A stretch of DNA of 60,480 nt from a virus (taxonomy: Duplodnaviria > Caudoviricetes): the IMG/VR virus record IMGVR_UViG_3300025392_000294, positions 1 to 60,480 of that record. One strand, 5' to 3'. The translations under genes were made by a program, and so were the position numbers. Positions 18,446 to 28,203 of this stretch are shown here, one piece after another. How positions within the stretch are numbered: the first letter of the stretch is position 1; every line of letters starts with the position of its first letter. Below the pieces are notes generated by a model. That model was not told where the DNA came from. It was given only the letters and a program-made list of their open reading frames with translations, and ran no database searches.

Positions 18446-19344
18446 TGTTTGGTTTAAGCACCTTTGCCCAGTCACCGTTTGCATCAACGGGCAGTAATCA
18501 GTATGCTTTTTCCATTACCGAAGACTCTGGCTTGGCAGATTCAAGCACGCAACTTAGCACTTTTTTGCAGAGTATTACAGAGGCACTGACCTCCAGCGAC
18601 ACCAATTCTGAGTTAAGCACTTTCTCTAATAGCATATCCGAGAATGTAAATAGTGCTGACTCAAGCACCCAGGCATCGCAGTTTTACTTTGTAAACGCCG
18701 ATGGAACTACTGTTGGTGACGTTAACTCTATCTCTCAGCAGTTTACTTTTAGCAATACAGAGAATTCAGGTCTGGCAGATACGCCCGTTTTATCGGCACA
18801 ATTTAGCTCTTCATTGGTGGAAAATGCAGGTTTAGCAGACTCTAGCACCCAGCAATCAGCGTTTTTACAGTCTTTAACAGAGTTCTTTACATCTAACAAT
18901 ACCGACTCAGAGATCGATACGTTCTTCTTTGGGATCGTAGAGAATCTTGCGGTGGCGGATTCTAGCGCTCAGATATCAACGTTTTTGCAGAGTATTGCAG
19001 AGGCGGTGGTTTCTGCTGACTCGTATATTGGCGGGTTTATCTCGTTCTTCACGATTACTGAGGGCGTTACATCGGCAGACTCGAGCTCCGTCAATCTTAT
19101 TTTGACTCTAAGCATTTCAGAGGCTACGACACTTGCTGACCAGGAATCTATTCAATACGGTGCGATTTACAGCATTATTGAGAACTTGGTAGCCGCAGAC
19201 TCAAACACCGTGATTGGCTGGTTTGCTGTTGATGACAGCGAGACTGCTTCATGGCAAAATATAGGCAATACGCAAACTCCGGGCTGGACCATTATCAATG
19301 ACCCTGAATCCCCCAACTGGACCGTGATACCGTCAGGACAATAA
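18445..19344 (+). CDS. Acidic 20-aa-repeat fibre protein
   Basis: About 12 tandem 20-aa units with E-x5-D; no K, R, H or C. Confidence 0.65.
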   Translation: MFGLSTFAQSPFASTGSNQYAFSITEDSGLADSSTQLSTFLQSITEALTSSDTNSELSTFSNSISENVNSADSSTQASQFYFVNADGTTVGDVNSISQQFTFSNTENSGLADTPVLSAQFSSSLVENAGLADSSTQQSAFLQSLTEFFTSNNTDSEIDTFFFGIVENLAVADSSAQISTFLQSIAEAVVSADSYIGGFISFFTITEGVTSADSSSVNLILTLSISEATTLADQESIQYGAIYSIIENLVAADSNTVIGWFAVDDSETASWQNIGNTQTPGWTIINDPESPNWTVIPSGQ

Positions 19345-19345
19345 C

Positions 19346-20161
19346 ATGGCAATAACACCTTCATCACTGCTGTATTTACCGATTATCACCACCGGAACAG
19401 AGCCTGGTGTATGGGGTAGCGAGATAAACAACGGCCTAACACAATATCTTGATATTGCAGTTGCAGGTACTTTGTCTCTAACTCAGTCAAGCTTTACAGC
19501 CAATGCGCTGACTCTTAGCAATACCGCCGGGTCAAGCTCATCAACCGGCATAACCACGAGCACAGCCCAGTATGCAATTCTGAGCATTAACTCTTTAACA
19601 GCCAATGTGACCATCACCGCGCCCAGTTCTGGGTATGGTGGCGCCACATATAGCAAGACATACTACGTCATCAACGGCTCCAACTTTACAGTTACCATCA
19701 AAGCGTCAGGCCTAACTGGCGTCACAATCCCTGCCAATACTAGAGCCAATGTTGTGTTTAACGGCACGGACTATGTATCAGCTCAGAGTTATCTGCCATC
19801 GGCAACAATTGGTTCTGCGACCATTTCTACGTTGGCTACGGACGGTACAAGCACGGTTACGTTTGGTGGCACAGGAGCGATCACGGTTCCTGTTGGAACG
19901 ACGGCACAAGAGCCTGGTACACCTTCCACGGGCATGCTTCGGTTTAACAGCACCATCAACAGTTTCGAGGGTTATAACGGCTCCAGTTGGGGCGGTATTG
20001 GTGGAGCCGCGGCTTCCAATGCCATCTTTGTAAACAATCAAACAATTGCAACCAGCTACACTTTTGCCAGCGGTACAAGCGGGTCTAGCACAGGCCCGAT
20101 CACCCTAGCGAGTGGCGCTGTAATCACTGTTCCTAGCGGTGGACGCTGGGTAATTCTCTAA
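19346..20161 (+). CDS. Tail fibre protein
   Basis: VPVGTTAQ.P....GMLRFNS....FEGYNG..W; C-terminal TVPSGGRWVIL. Confidence 0.65.
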   Translation: MAITPSSLLYLPIITTGTEPGVWGSEINNGLTQYLDIAVAGTLSLTQSSFTANALTLSNTAGSSSSTGITTSTAQYAILSINSLTANVTITAPSSGYGGATYSKTYYVINGSNFTVTIKASGLTGVTIPANTRANVVFNGTDYVSAQSYLPSATIGSATISTLATDGTSTVTFGGTGAITVPVGTTAQEPGTPSTGMLRFNSTINSFEGYNGSSWGGIGGAAASNAIFVNNQTIATSYTFASGTSGSSTGPITLASGAVITVPSGGRWVIL

Positions 20162-20170
20162 GGAAATATC

Positions 20171-21244
20171 ATGGGACAAGTCGTACTCAATGGCGCAACA
20201 AGCGGCGCAACAACATTATCCCCAACAGATGCGGTGACGGTTACTATTACTCTGCCGTCAACAACAGGGACGTTATTCACCGCCACTGCCGGTACAGCTG
20301 GTACGGTTCCTTATTCAACAGGTACGGGTCTTGGTTATACAGGTGTTGGTACAAGTGGGCAGCCCCTGCTTTCCGGTGGATCCGGCGCGGCAACATTTGG
20401 AACATTGGGAATCGCTGGAGGCGGCACAGGAACCACCTCCACAACCTTTGTTAATTTAGCATCAAATGTTACTGGCACTTTACCAATTGCTAACGGTGGA
20501 ACGGGAAGCACGTCTACTACATTTGTAAGCCTAACTACAAATGTTTCTGGAACTCTTCCAATAGCTAATGGTGGCACAAACTCCACTGCAACTGCAACTG
20601 CGGGTGGCGTTGGCTACGGAACAGGTACTGCCCATGCGTATACAGCCGCAGGAACCTCGGGTCAAGTATTAACAAGTGCAGGCGCAGGGACGCCAACATG
20701 GACTACACCTAGTGCTGGTGCTATTACATTAATTAGCACGTTGACTGCATCTGGCTCGGCTTCTTTATCGTGGACAGGATTAAGTGGCTACGATAAGTAT
20801 TATTTGGTATTTGAGAATTTGCTTCCTGTCACAGGAAGTGGTTATTTGGCAATGCGTCTTGGTACTGGCGCTGGGCCAACTTATGCAACAAGCGGTTATT
20901 ATGCCGCAGGGACATTGTCTTTTAGTGATACCGCCACAGTTACTGGAAATGTTAGACAGGCAAATAATTCTTATGCAGCCATAGCAAGCAATTATGGAAA
21001 TATTAGCGCTTCAGGTGAAGGTGCCAGTGGCTTTATAAATATTTTTAATTTTTCATCTGCTACCACAAATAGCGCGTACTTCAATTCTATGACGGGGGCT
21101 TTAACCAATACTCCAAATTATTCAGCAGAATTTATTGCTGGGTTTTTAACAGGAAACTCAACTGCAAAAACGGCTATACAAATTTATTTTACTTCCGGAA
21201 ATATAGCATCAGGTAAAGTTTCTCTTTATGGAATTTCATCTTAA
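20171..21244 (+). CDS. Tail fibre protein
   Basis: GTLPIANGGT repeats; C-terminal SGKVSLYGI. Confidence 0.7.
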   Translation: MGQVVLNGATSGATTLSPTDAVTVTITLPSTTGTLFTATAGTAGTVPYSTGTGLGYTGVGTSGQPLLSGGSGAATFGTLGIAGGGTGTTSTTFVNLASNVTGTLPIANGGTGSTSTTFVSLTTNVSGTLPIANGGTNSTATATAGGVGYGTGTAHAYTAAGTSGQVLTSAGAGTPTWTTPSAGAITLISTLTASGSASLSWTGLSGYDKYYLVFENLLPVTGSGYLAMRLGTGAGPTYATSGYYAAGTLSFSDTATVTGNVRQANNSYAAIASNYGNISASGEGASGFINIFNFSSATTNSAYFNSMTGALTNTPNYSAEFIAGFLTGNSTAKTAIQIYFTSGNIASGKVSLYGISS

Positions 21245-21253
21245 GGATTTATA

Positions 21254-21547
21254 ATGTTATTAAACGAAAAAATTAAAGCGTATTTAGCAGTCAATAACAT
21301 TATTTATAATGTTGGTGATTATGAAACTGGCGAGACTGAGGGCAATCCTGAAGAAATCTTAGTTTGGAATGAAGCCAATCTTGGCGCTCGTCCTACGCAA
21401 GAACAATTGGATTCTGCTTATACAACACAACAAGCAAACATCACTGCGGCACAAAATGCGGCAACAGCAACAAAAGCATCAGCACTTGCAAAGTTAACTG
21501 CGCTTGGTTTAACTGTTGATGAGATAGCTGCAATCATAGGAGCGTAA
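21254..21547 (+). CDS. Tail fibre assembly chaperone (XkdW-like)
   Basis: W...LG.RPTQEQL...ALAKL.ALGLT.DEI. Confidence 0.55.
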   Translation: MLLNEKIKAYLAVNNIIYNVGDYETGETEGNPEEILVWNEANLGARPTQEQLDSAYTTQQANITAAQNAATATKASALAKLTALGLTVDEIAAIIGA

Positions 21548-21548
21548 C

Positions 21549-22481
21549 ATGACAGCATCAATTAACGCATCAACATCAGCCGGAGTGGTTGTCACTAGTG
21601 ACACCTCTGGCGCTCTTGCTCTACAAACAGCGGGCACTACGGCGGTTACGATTGATACAAGCCAGCAAGTGGGATTGGGAGTAGTTCCAAATACTTGGTA
21701 CGCAGGTTATACGGCTCTTGAATTTGGTGGATATGGTTCATTGACATCTCGTTCTGCATCGAATGACACAGAATTATCTTCTAATGCCTATCGAAATGCT
21801 TCTGCTAATTACATATATAAAAAGAATGGCACAGCACAAACGTTTGATATGGCAAATGGCATTTTTTATTGGAATACAGCTGGTTCTGGAACGGCGGGTG
21901 GAACTATAACCTTTAACCCAGCAATGACACTAGATGCTAGTGGTAACTTGTTAGTGGGGACTACAAGTAGTGCGGGTAGATTTACAGTTAATGGATCAAC
22001 CGCTGATTCCACGGCAAATTGCGTTAGCTTTAGAGATTCAAGTTCTACATCATTATTTATTGTTCGTGATGATGGAAGAATTTCAACAGGTGGTGCGTCA
22101 AGCCCTTATAGCAACACAACTGCTTCTGCCGCAAATATGTATGTGGACAGTAGTGGAATTTTTTATCGTTCAACATCATCATTAAAATACAAAACTGATG
22201 TTCAAAATACAGCACACGGTCTTACTGATTTACTCAAATTACGTTCTGTAACTTACAAAGGTAAAACAGATGGTGAAATTGTATTTGGTGGTTTGATTGC
22301 AGAAGAAGTCCATGATGCTGGCTTAACAGAGTTTGTGCAATATTCAAAAGATGGCAGTCCAGATGCCCTTGCTTATGGAAATATGGTTTCACTTTGCATC
22401 AAAGCAATCCAAGAACTCAACACCCTCATTACCGCACAAGCCGCAGAAATCGCCGCACTCAAAGCAAAAGTAGGAGCATAA
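21549..22481 (+). CDS. Tail fibre with intramolecular chaperone (peptidase S74) domain
   Basis: SSLKYKTDV...GLIAEEV...KAIQEL and terminal coiled coil. Confidence 0.8.
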   Translation: MTASINASTSAGVVVTSDTSGALALQTAGTTAVTIDTSQQVGLGVVPNTWYAGYTALEFGGYGSLTSRSASNDTELSSNAYRNASANYIYKKNGTAQTFDMANGIFYWNTAGSGTAGGTITFNPAMTLDASGNLLVGTTSSAGRFTVNGSTADSTANCVSFRDSSSTSLFIVRDDGRISTGGASSPYSNTTASAANMYVDSSGIFYRSTSSLKYKTDVQNTAHGLTDLLKLRSVTYKGKTDGEIVFGGLIAEEVHDAGLTEFVQYSKDGSPDALAYGNMVSLCIKAIQELNTLITAQAAEIAALKAKVGA

Positions 22482-22482
22482 C

Positions 22483-23007
22483 ATGAAGGAAAGAAGTTAT
22501 TTTCCTTCATATGAACTTCTGCACGAACTTTTTGAGTATCGAGACGGGAAACTTTACAATAAAGTTGCAAGAAACAGCAGAACAAAAGTTGGCGAAGAAG
22601 CCGGCTCTTATTCCGCAAAATATGCACAAGTTACTTTAATGGGTGTTCCTTGGCAAATAAGTCGTGTTATTTATTTTATGCATCATAATTTTTTGCCAGA
22701 AGTAATAGATCACATTAATGGAAATAAACACGACAATAGAATTGAAAATTTGCGTGCTGCTACTATGCGTGAAAATCAATACAACCACCGCATACAAGCC
22801 AAAAATACATCTGGCATAAAAGGCGTTTCCTGGTCTAAAAAATATCAAAAATGGTATGCTTGCATGAGAGTGAACGGTAAAAATAAAAATCTTGGTTTGT
22901 ATGATTCAATTGAAACGGCCAAAGAGTTTTTAGAATTGGCTCGTGAAATGATTCATGGATCTTTTGCCAATCATGGAACATTTAAGGAGAATATATTTTG
23001 TCAATGA
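22483..23007 (+). mobile_element. Free-standing HNH homing endonuclease with AP2-like DNA-binding tail
   Basis: IDHINGNKHDNRIENLR; NTSGIKGVSW...W.A......LG.Y; AT-rich, inserted between fibre genes. Confidence 0.85.
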
Positions 23008-23594
23008 TTTTAGATGGTACAAACGGCGCTTTCCTCCCAACATGGACAACAGGCTCTCGCCCTGCCTCGCCATCCAACGGCGAGATTGGCTACAATTCAA
23101 CGACAGGTCTAGTTGACCAATATGTTGGAAGCGCTTGGACATCCATGCCAGCAACTAACGTAGCGGCCACCTGGTCAGGACAGCAAACCTTTGTAGCGCC
23201 TATTCTTGGAACGCCAGCAAGCGGTAACTTGTCCAACACGACCGCAGATGGAACAACTTCCGTGGGGTTCTTGAGCATCCCGCAAAACAGCCAAAGCACT
23301 GCATACACAACAGTCCTGGCCGATGCTGGTAAGTGCATATTCCACCCAGCCTCAGATGCCAATGCCCGCACATTTACGATTGCAGCCAACTCTTCTGTTG
23401 CGTATCCTATTGGAACGGTTCTCCAGTTTATCAACATGACATCACAAGTGGTGACTATTGCTATCACTTCGGACACATTAACTTGGGCGCAAGGCGGCGG
23501 TACAGGCTCAAGGTCTTTGGCTCAATATGGCGTAGCAAACTGCATCAAGATTGCTACAACTCAATGGCTATTAACAGGGACTAATGTGACATGA
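22998..23594 (+). CDS. Tail fibre-associated protein
   Basis: IPQNSQS.AYT.VL.DAGK, VAYPIGT, WLLTG. Confidence 0.6.
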   Translation: MSMILDGTNGAFLPTWTTGSRPASPSNGEIGYNSTTGLVDQYVGSAWTSMPATNVAATWSGQQTFVAPILGTPASGNLSNTTADGTTSVGFLSIPQNSQSTAYTTVLADAGKCIFHPASDANARTFTIAANSSVAYPIGTVLQFINMTSQVVTIAITSDTLTWAQGGGTGSRSLAQYGVANCIKIATTQWLLTGTNVT

Positions 23595-24697
23595 GCGGAA
23601 TACTTAATGCTTTTAGTGGTGGGACGTACTCTGGACTACCCGGAGCGCCTACTATTGGAACAGCTACGGCTACTGGGTCAACTACGGCCACTGTAGCTTT
23701 TACTGCGCCAACCAATACAGGTGGATTAAGCATTACTGGCTATCAAGCATTATCTAGCCCCGGCTCTATCACGGCAACAGGAGCAAGCAGTCCAATTACA
23801 GTGACTGGTTTAACCCCATCTACATCTTACACATTCCAAGTCAGAGCACAAAACTCTATTGGTTACGGTTCGTATAGTGGATCAAGTAATTCAGTAACGA
23901 CAACTGCCGCAATAGGCTCGCAATCCTACACATCCTCTGGTTCTTACTCATGGGTTGCACCTGCGGGTGTCACTTCAGTTTCTGTTGTAGCAATTGGTGC
24001 TGGCGGTAAAGGGGGACCTGGAAATTGTGCTGGTTGTACATCTGGCGGTGGAGGTGGTGGGGGAGCATTAGCCTATGTTAATAATTTTTCTGTAACACCA
24101 AGTAATTCTTATGCTGTAGTTGTTGGTTCTGGTACAACTACTTCTAAATTAAGTTCTTTTAATAGTACAACAGTTTCTGCGGGTGGCGGAGTTAATGGTT
24201 CAACTGGTATTGCTGGAAGTGGTGGAACTGTTATTAATGGAACTGGATTTAGTGGTGGTGGCGGTGGTACTCCATGTGCTACTATAGGCGGCAATGGGGG
24301 TGGAGCAGCGGGTTATAGTGGGAGCGGTGGAGCGGCACAAAACAATCCTAATTTTAATTCTACTGCTGGAAGTGGTGGAAGTGCTAGTGGTGGCGCACAT
24401 GGAATTTTTTGTGGCGGCTCAGGAGGTGGTGGCGTAGGACTTTTTGGTCAAGGTTGTAGCGGTGCAGCTGGTATACACGCAACATCTAATGCGTATGGGC
24501 ATGGTGGAAGTTGTGGAACAAATGGTTCTATTTCTTCTGGCAACCTTGGTGGTTCTGGGGGAGCTTATGGAGGCGGAGGAGGTGGAGGTAGTTATACCTC
24601 AGATTCTGTGGGAGGCGTAGGAGGTTCGGGCGCAGTCCGTATCGTCTGGCTGGGCAACACTCGTACATTCCCATCAACTTGCGTTGGATCGCCTTAA
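23591..24697 (+). CDS. Fibronectin type III plus glycine-rich tail protein
   Basis: PGAPTIGTA...TVTGLT....YTFQVRAQN..G; Gly-rich body ending FPSTCVGSP. Confidence 0.75.
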   Translation: MSGILNAFSGGTYSGLPGAPTIGTATATGSTTATVAFTAPTNTGGLSITGYQALSSPGSITATGASSPITVTGLTPSTSYTFQVRAQNSIGYGSYSGSSNSVTTTAAIGSQSYTSSGSYSWVAPAGVTSVSVVAIGAGGKGGPGNCAGCTSGGGGGGGALAYVNNFSVTPSNSYAVVVGSGTTTSKLSSFNSTTVSAGGGVNGSTGIAGSGGTVINGTGFSGGGGGTPCATIGGNGGGAAGYSGSGGAAQNNPNFNSTAGSGGSASGGAHGIFCGGSGGGGVGLFGQGCSGAAGIHATSNAYGHGGSCGTNGSISSGNLGGSGGAYGGGGGGGSYTSDSVGGVGGSGAVRIVWLGNTRTFPSTCVGSP

Positions 24698-24711
24698 TTT
24701 TGGAGTAGAAA

Positions 24712-25191
24712 ATGAATCTTTATATTAAAACAGACGGTAACGGAAACACTATTGATCACCCTGCGTTTGAAGACAACTTGCTTCAAGCATTTGGATCTAT
24801 CCCATCAGAGTGGGAACCCTTTGTTCGGGTTGAGCGTCCAACTATTGAATTGTATCAAGTGCTTGATTCTGAGGATCCAACGTATCAAAAAGTTGATGGC
24901 GTGTGGACTGACGTTTGGGTTTTGCGTGATATGACGGATTCCGAAAAATTGGCACTACAACAATCCGTAAAAGATGCTTGGTCAGCCCTACCAAATCGTG
25001 ATAATTTCACGGCATGGACATTTGACGAGGCTACCTGTGCTTATGTGCCCCCAACGCCAAGACCAACAGATGGCAATTATTTCTGGCAAGGCACAACAAA
25101 TTCGTGGGTTGTTCGTCCGGCATATCCAGATGATGGAAAACAGTATAAACTAGACTTTCCCACAGCAACGTGGGTTCTAGTAACACAATAG
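24712..25191 (+). CDS. Tail-associated protein
   Basis: GGAG RBS; PPTPRP.DG..YFW motif. Confidence 0.6.
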   Translation: MNLYIKTDGNGNTIDHPAFEDNLLQAFGSIPSEWEPFVRVERPTIELYQVLDSEDPTYQKVDGVWTDVWVLRDMTDSEKLALQQSVKDAWSALPNRDNFTAWTFDEATCAYVPPTPRPTDGNYFWQGTTNSWVVRPAYPDDGKQYKLDFPTATWVLVTQ

Positions 25192-25200
25192 GAGAAACAA

Positions 25201-25893
25201 ATGCCCGATGGAACGACCGCAGAATTAGAAATTCCAGCCGCAGTAGAAGAACCACAACTGCAAGGATGGAGCTATTTCCCGTCTAACATTTACACAATTG
25301 AACGCCCAGACTTCTTAAAGGCCGTCAAAGAAGTGTCTGAAGAGCGTCTAAAGTTTGCCAAAACTCAACGCAAAATTGATCCAATTTATCCGGTTGTAAT
25401 GACCGATAACCTATTTGGCGACCCCCGTGTAGCGGAATTTTGCCAATTTGTTGGTGGTACAGCCTGGAACGTTTTGCAGGCCCAAGGCTACGCAATGGAT
25501 GGACTGGCAACGACTTTTACAGAAATGTGGACCCAAGAACACCACAAACACTCCATGATGGAGCAGCACGTTCACGGGTTTGGGGCCCAACTTGTTGGGT
25601 TTTACTTTCTTGAAGTGCCCGAGAAAAGCTCTAGCGTGATCTTCCATGACCCCCGCCCAGGTAAAGTACAAGCCAATTTGCCAGAAGCAAACATGGGCCT
25701 TGTCACTCCCGCCAGTCAGATGATTAACTTCATCCCCAAGCCTGGCTTGATGATCTTTTCAAACGCTTGGTTGCCCCATTCTTTTGGTCGCCATGCTGCT
25801 AATAAGCCGTTGAAGTTTGTTCACTTCAATGTAACCGTCCAGCCGGCAGCTCAGACTGTTTGTGTTACCACTCCTCCAGCGGAAATCATATGA
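25201..25893 (+). CDS. 2OG-Fe(II) oxygenase (TIGR02466-like)
   Basis: HVH...FYFL..P...FHDPR...P.PGLMIF..WLPH; double-stranded beta-helix metal ligands. Confidence 0.75.
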   Translation: MPDGTTAELEIPAAVEEPQLQGWSYFPSNIYTIERPDFLKAVKEVSEERLKFAKTQRKIDPIYPVVMTDNLFGDPRVAEFCQFVGGTAWNVLQAQGYAMDGLATTFTEMWTQEHHKHSMMEQHVHGFGAQLVGFYFLEVPEKSSSVIFHDPRPGKVQANLPEANMGLVTPASQMINFIPKPGLMIFSNAWLPHSFGRHAANKPLKFVHFNVTVQPAAQTVCVTTPPAEII

Positions 25894-26189
25894 ATAAGTA
25901 CCGCATCAGATTCAACAAATCCCGCGGACAAGACGGTCGTGGGACTGTCGATCATGCTTGGCGTGTGTTTGAGGGCGACAAAGAGTATCTTTTCAAGAAT
26001 GTCCGGATCAACACCCCATCTTTTAGCGAGAGAGAGGGTGATGATTGGAATATCTGCTGTTATGGGCTTTTGACCATTGACCGCGAAACATCAACCGCAA
26101 CCATTGGGATTAAAAATGGCAACAAAAAATTGGATAAAGGGAGCGATCAAACACCCAGGTGCGCTCCGCGAAGAACTGAAAGTGCCTAA
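25890..26189 (+). CDS. Hypothetical protein
   Basis: ATGA overlap; YRIRFNKSRG...HAWRVFE. Confidence 0.6.
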   Translation: MNKYRIRFNKSRGQDGRGTVDHAWRVFEGDKEYLFKNVRINTPSFSEREGDDWNICCYGLLTIDRETSTATIGIKNGNKKLDKGSDQTPRCAPRRTESA

Positions 26190-26295
26190 AGGCAAAGCGA
26201 TTCCTGCAAAGAAGCTAGCCGCCGCTGCAAAAAAACCTGGGAAACTGGGGCAGCGTGCGCGGTTGGCTGAGACGCTCAAGGGCCTGAAGAAGTAA
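26116..26295 (+). CDS. Small basic protein
   Basis: WIKGAIKHPGALR...GQRARLAETLK. Confidence 0.65.
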   Translation: MATKNWIKGAIKHPGALREELKVPKGKAIPAKKLAAAAKKPGKLGQRARLAETLKGLKK

Positions 26296-26304
26296 GGTGA
26301 CGTC

Positions 26305-27021
26305 ATTGATCCGTTCACCCTTGTCGCTCTGGCTACTTCCGCATTTAAGCTTGTTAAAGAGTCATGCGAGATGTACAAAGAAGGCCGGCAATTTGTTGTC
26401 GATGCCAAGAAAGAAATTGACGGGGTTGTAAAAGATGTCAAGGGCATGCAAGCTGATGCTCAAGGAATATTTGGGTTTTTCAAGAAGCTGTTTGGCGCTC
26501 AAAAAACGCCTCAAGAACAACAGGTTCAGCCTGTTAAGAAGGCAAAGCAAAAGGCAGCTGAGTTTGATGAGAACCAAATATATGCCCAAGTTGCAGATGC
26601 ACTCACCAAGTTCTTTCATGCCTACAACGGCTTAAAGAACTACGCCAAAGAGCAAGAAGAGATTGCACTGCATTCGACGGGCGAAGAGGGTCAGGACATT
26701 GCGATTAAGTTGGTGATTGCCAACTTACAGATGGAAAAGCTAAACGAAGAGATGCGTGAGTACATGGTGTACCACGTTCCTGAAGAGATGAAAGACTTGT
26801 ACAGTCGAGTCAACAAGATGGTTGGCCATATTGCCAATCAACAAGCATTAGTACGAAAGGCAGAGCTAGACAAGAAACGGAAACTGGCATGGCAAAAACG
26901 TCAAAGGCAAGAGGAGTTTCAAGCCAGAGCAACAGTTATAACGGTTACGTTTCTAATGATAGCGTGGGTATGGATAATGATGATGATCGTACATTCTTCG
27001 TCTACGTCATCGTCGTTTTGA
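26305..27021 (+). CDS. Coiled-coil membrane protein of the lysis region (probable AUU start)
   Basis: Frame open from ATT 26305 (IDPFTLVALA) after an AAGGT RBS; C-terminal TM helix. Confidence 0.6.
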   Translation: MDPFTLVALATSAFKLVKESCEMYKEGRQFVVDAKKEIDGVVKDVKGMQADAQGIFGFFKKLFGAQKTPQEQQVQPVKKAKQKAAEFDENQIYAQVADALTKFFHAYNGLKNYAKEQEEIALHSTGEEGQDIAIKLVIANLQMEKLNEEMREYMVYHVPEEMKDLYSRVNKMVGHIANQQALVRKAELDKKRKLAWQKRQRQEEFQARATVITVTFLMIAWVWIMMMIVHSSSTSSSF

Positions 27022-27128
27022 TGGCTGTAATTCTGTTGTTTATTCCTTTATTGTCATGGATGTACATAGACATAAAGATGATGGAAATTCGTGTCAACAA
27101 GGCTCTTGTAAAGATTGAAGGCAAATGA
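26970..27128 (+). CDS. Small membrane protein
   Basis: Single long hydrophobic helix. Confidence 0.5.
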   Translation: MDNDDDRTFFVYVIVVLMAVILLFIPLLSWMYIDIKMMEIRVNKALVKIEGK

Positions 27129-27349
27129 AGTATCTTTTCTTGCTATTACTGCTGTCGGGATGTGGCGATACCTATAGGTATTATTGCCAGAACCCCGATA
27201 ACTTTACCGCTGCTCAATGCCAAAAGCCTCGATGTGAGTTTGACCAAACCTGTCCCGAATATCTCATAGCACCTGTACTGGAGAAGAAAATTGAAGGAAC
27301 TGTTATTAGCCCTGTTCAACAGCCCCAAGGAGCGGCTAACTGCCGATGA
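27125..27349 (+). CDS. Lipoprotein
   Basis: Signal peptide with lipobox LLSGC; Cys-rich. Confidence 0.7.
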   Translation: MKYLFLLLLLSGCGDTYRYYCQNPDNFTAAQCQKPRCEFDQTCPEYLIAPVLEKKIEGTVISPVQQPQGAANCR

Positions 27350-27749
27350 GATAGAAGTCCGTGTTCGGGCTTTTGTGATCATCATGGTGACGCTGATCTT
27401 TGCGTTCATCACCTTTGCGCTTCTCTATTCAGTGACGTTTGTTACCCAGCCCATCAAGCAGATGGCCCCTATTGATCAAGCATATACAAAGATGCTTAAT
27501 GATATAGTTTTACTTATTGTGGGTGGTATAGGTGGTATTCTGACCAAGGGCTTAACAAACGAGGCAACCAATATGATGAATGCGGCCAAGGCCAATAAGG
27601 ATGCATATGTTGCTCCTCCTCCACCGCCTGTAGTGATGATGTCCACCCCCGCTGGCTGGACGCCTCCCCCAGCGCCTGTAAGTCGCCCAGTATTGGAGGA
27701 TGACGCGGAACGTGAGAGAATGGCGCATGCGAGGGCTAGCAATGTTTAG
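27291..27749 (+). CDS. Putative holin (two TM helices)
   Basis: Two hydrophobic segments; next to spanin and endolysin. Confidence 0.5.
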   Translation: MKELLLALFNSPKERLTADEIEVRVRAFVIIMVTLIFAFITFALLYSVTFVTQPIKQMAPIDQAYTKMLNDIVLLIVGGIGGILTKGLTNEATNMMNAAKANKDAYVAPPPPPVVMMSTPAGWTPPPAPVSRPVLEDDAERERMAHARASNV

Positions 27750-28203
27750 TTTCCTCAATCCTTGGTTTATTTTAGGCGCTATCTGCGCTGTACTAGGAGT
27801 ATATTTTTATGGACACCATGCAGGCTATCAAGAACGTGTTGCTGAAGATCAAGCAGAAATTATCCGACTTAATGACGAAGCTCGCGCCAAAGAAGCCGAA
27901 TTAAGCAAGAAGCTCTCGGGCGTAACTTCTGCACTTGTAAAGGCAAGAAATGATGTTAAAGATAAACAGTCTAGTATTAACTCTAGGGTTGACTCTGGCG
28001 AGTTGCGCCTCCCCGCCAGTTGTCCCATTCAAGCCAGTGCAGATGCCCCCGCTGGAAATACAGCCAATGCAGGCCAATCTGACCGACAGGTTATTAAAGA
28101 TATTGTCGCCATCGCAGCAGACGGCGATCTCGCCATCACCCAGCTCAACGCCTGCATCACCACCTACAACCAAGTAAGGGAGGCGGTCAATGTTAAGCCC
28201 TGA
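27742..28203 (+). CDS. Rz-like inner-membrane spanin
   Basis: N-terminal TM, coiled coil, G.LRL...GD.AI.QLNAC. Confidence 0.7.
   Translation: MFSFLNPWFILGAICAVLGVYFYGHHAGYQERVAEDQAEIIRLNDEARAKEAELSKKLSGVTSALVKARNDVKDKQSSINSRVDSGELRLPASCPIQASADAPAGNTANAGQSDRQVIKDIVAIAADGDLAITQLNACITTYNQVREAVNVKP

Noticed and set aside
17954-24697. Diversity-generating retroelement acting on tail fibres
   Set aside because: No reverse transcriptase and no adenine-specific TR/VR pair seen; the duplicated C-termini differ at all base types
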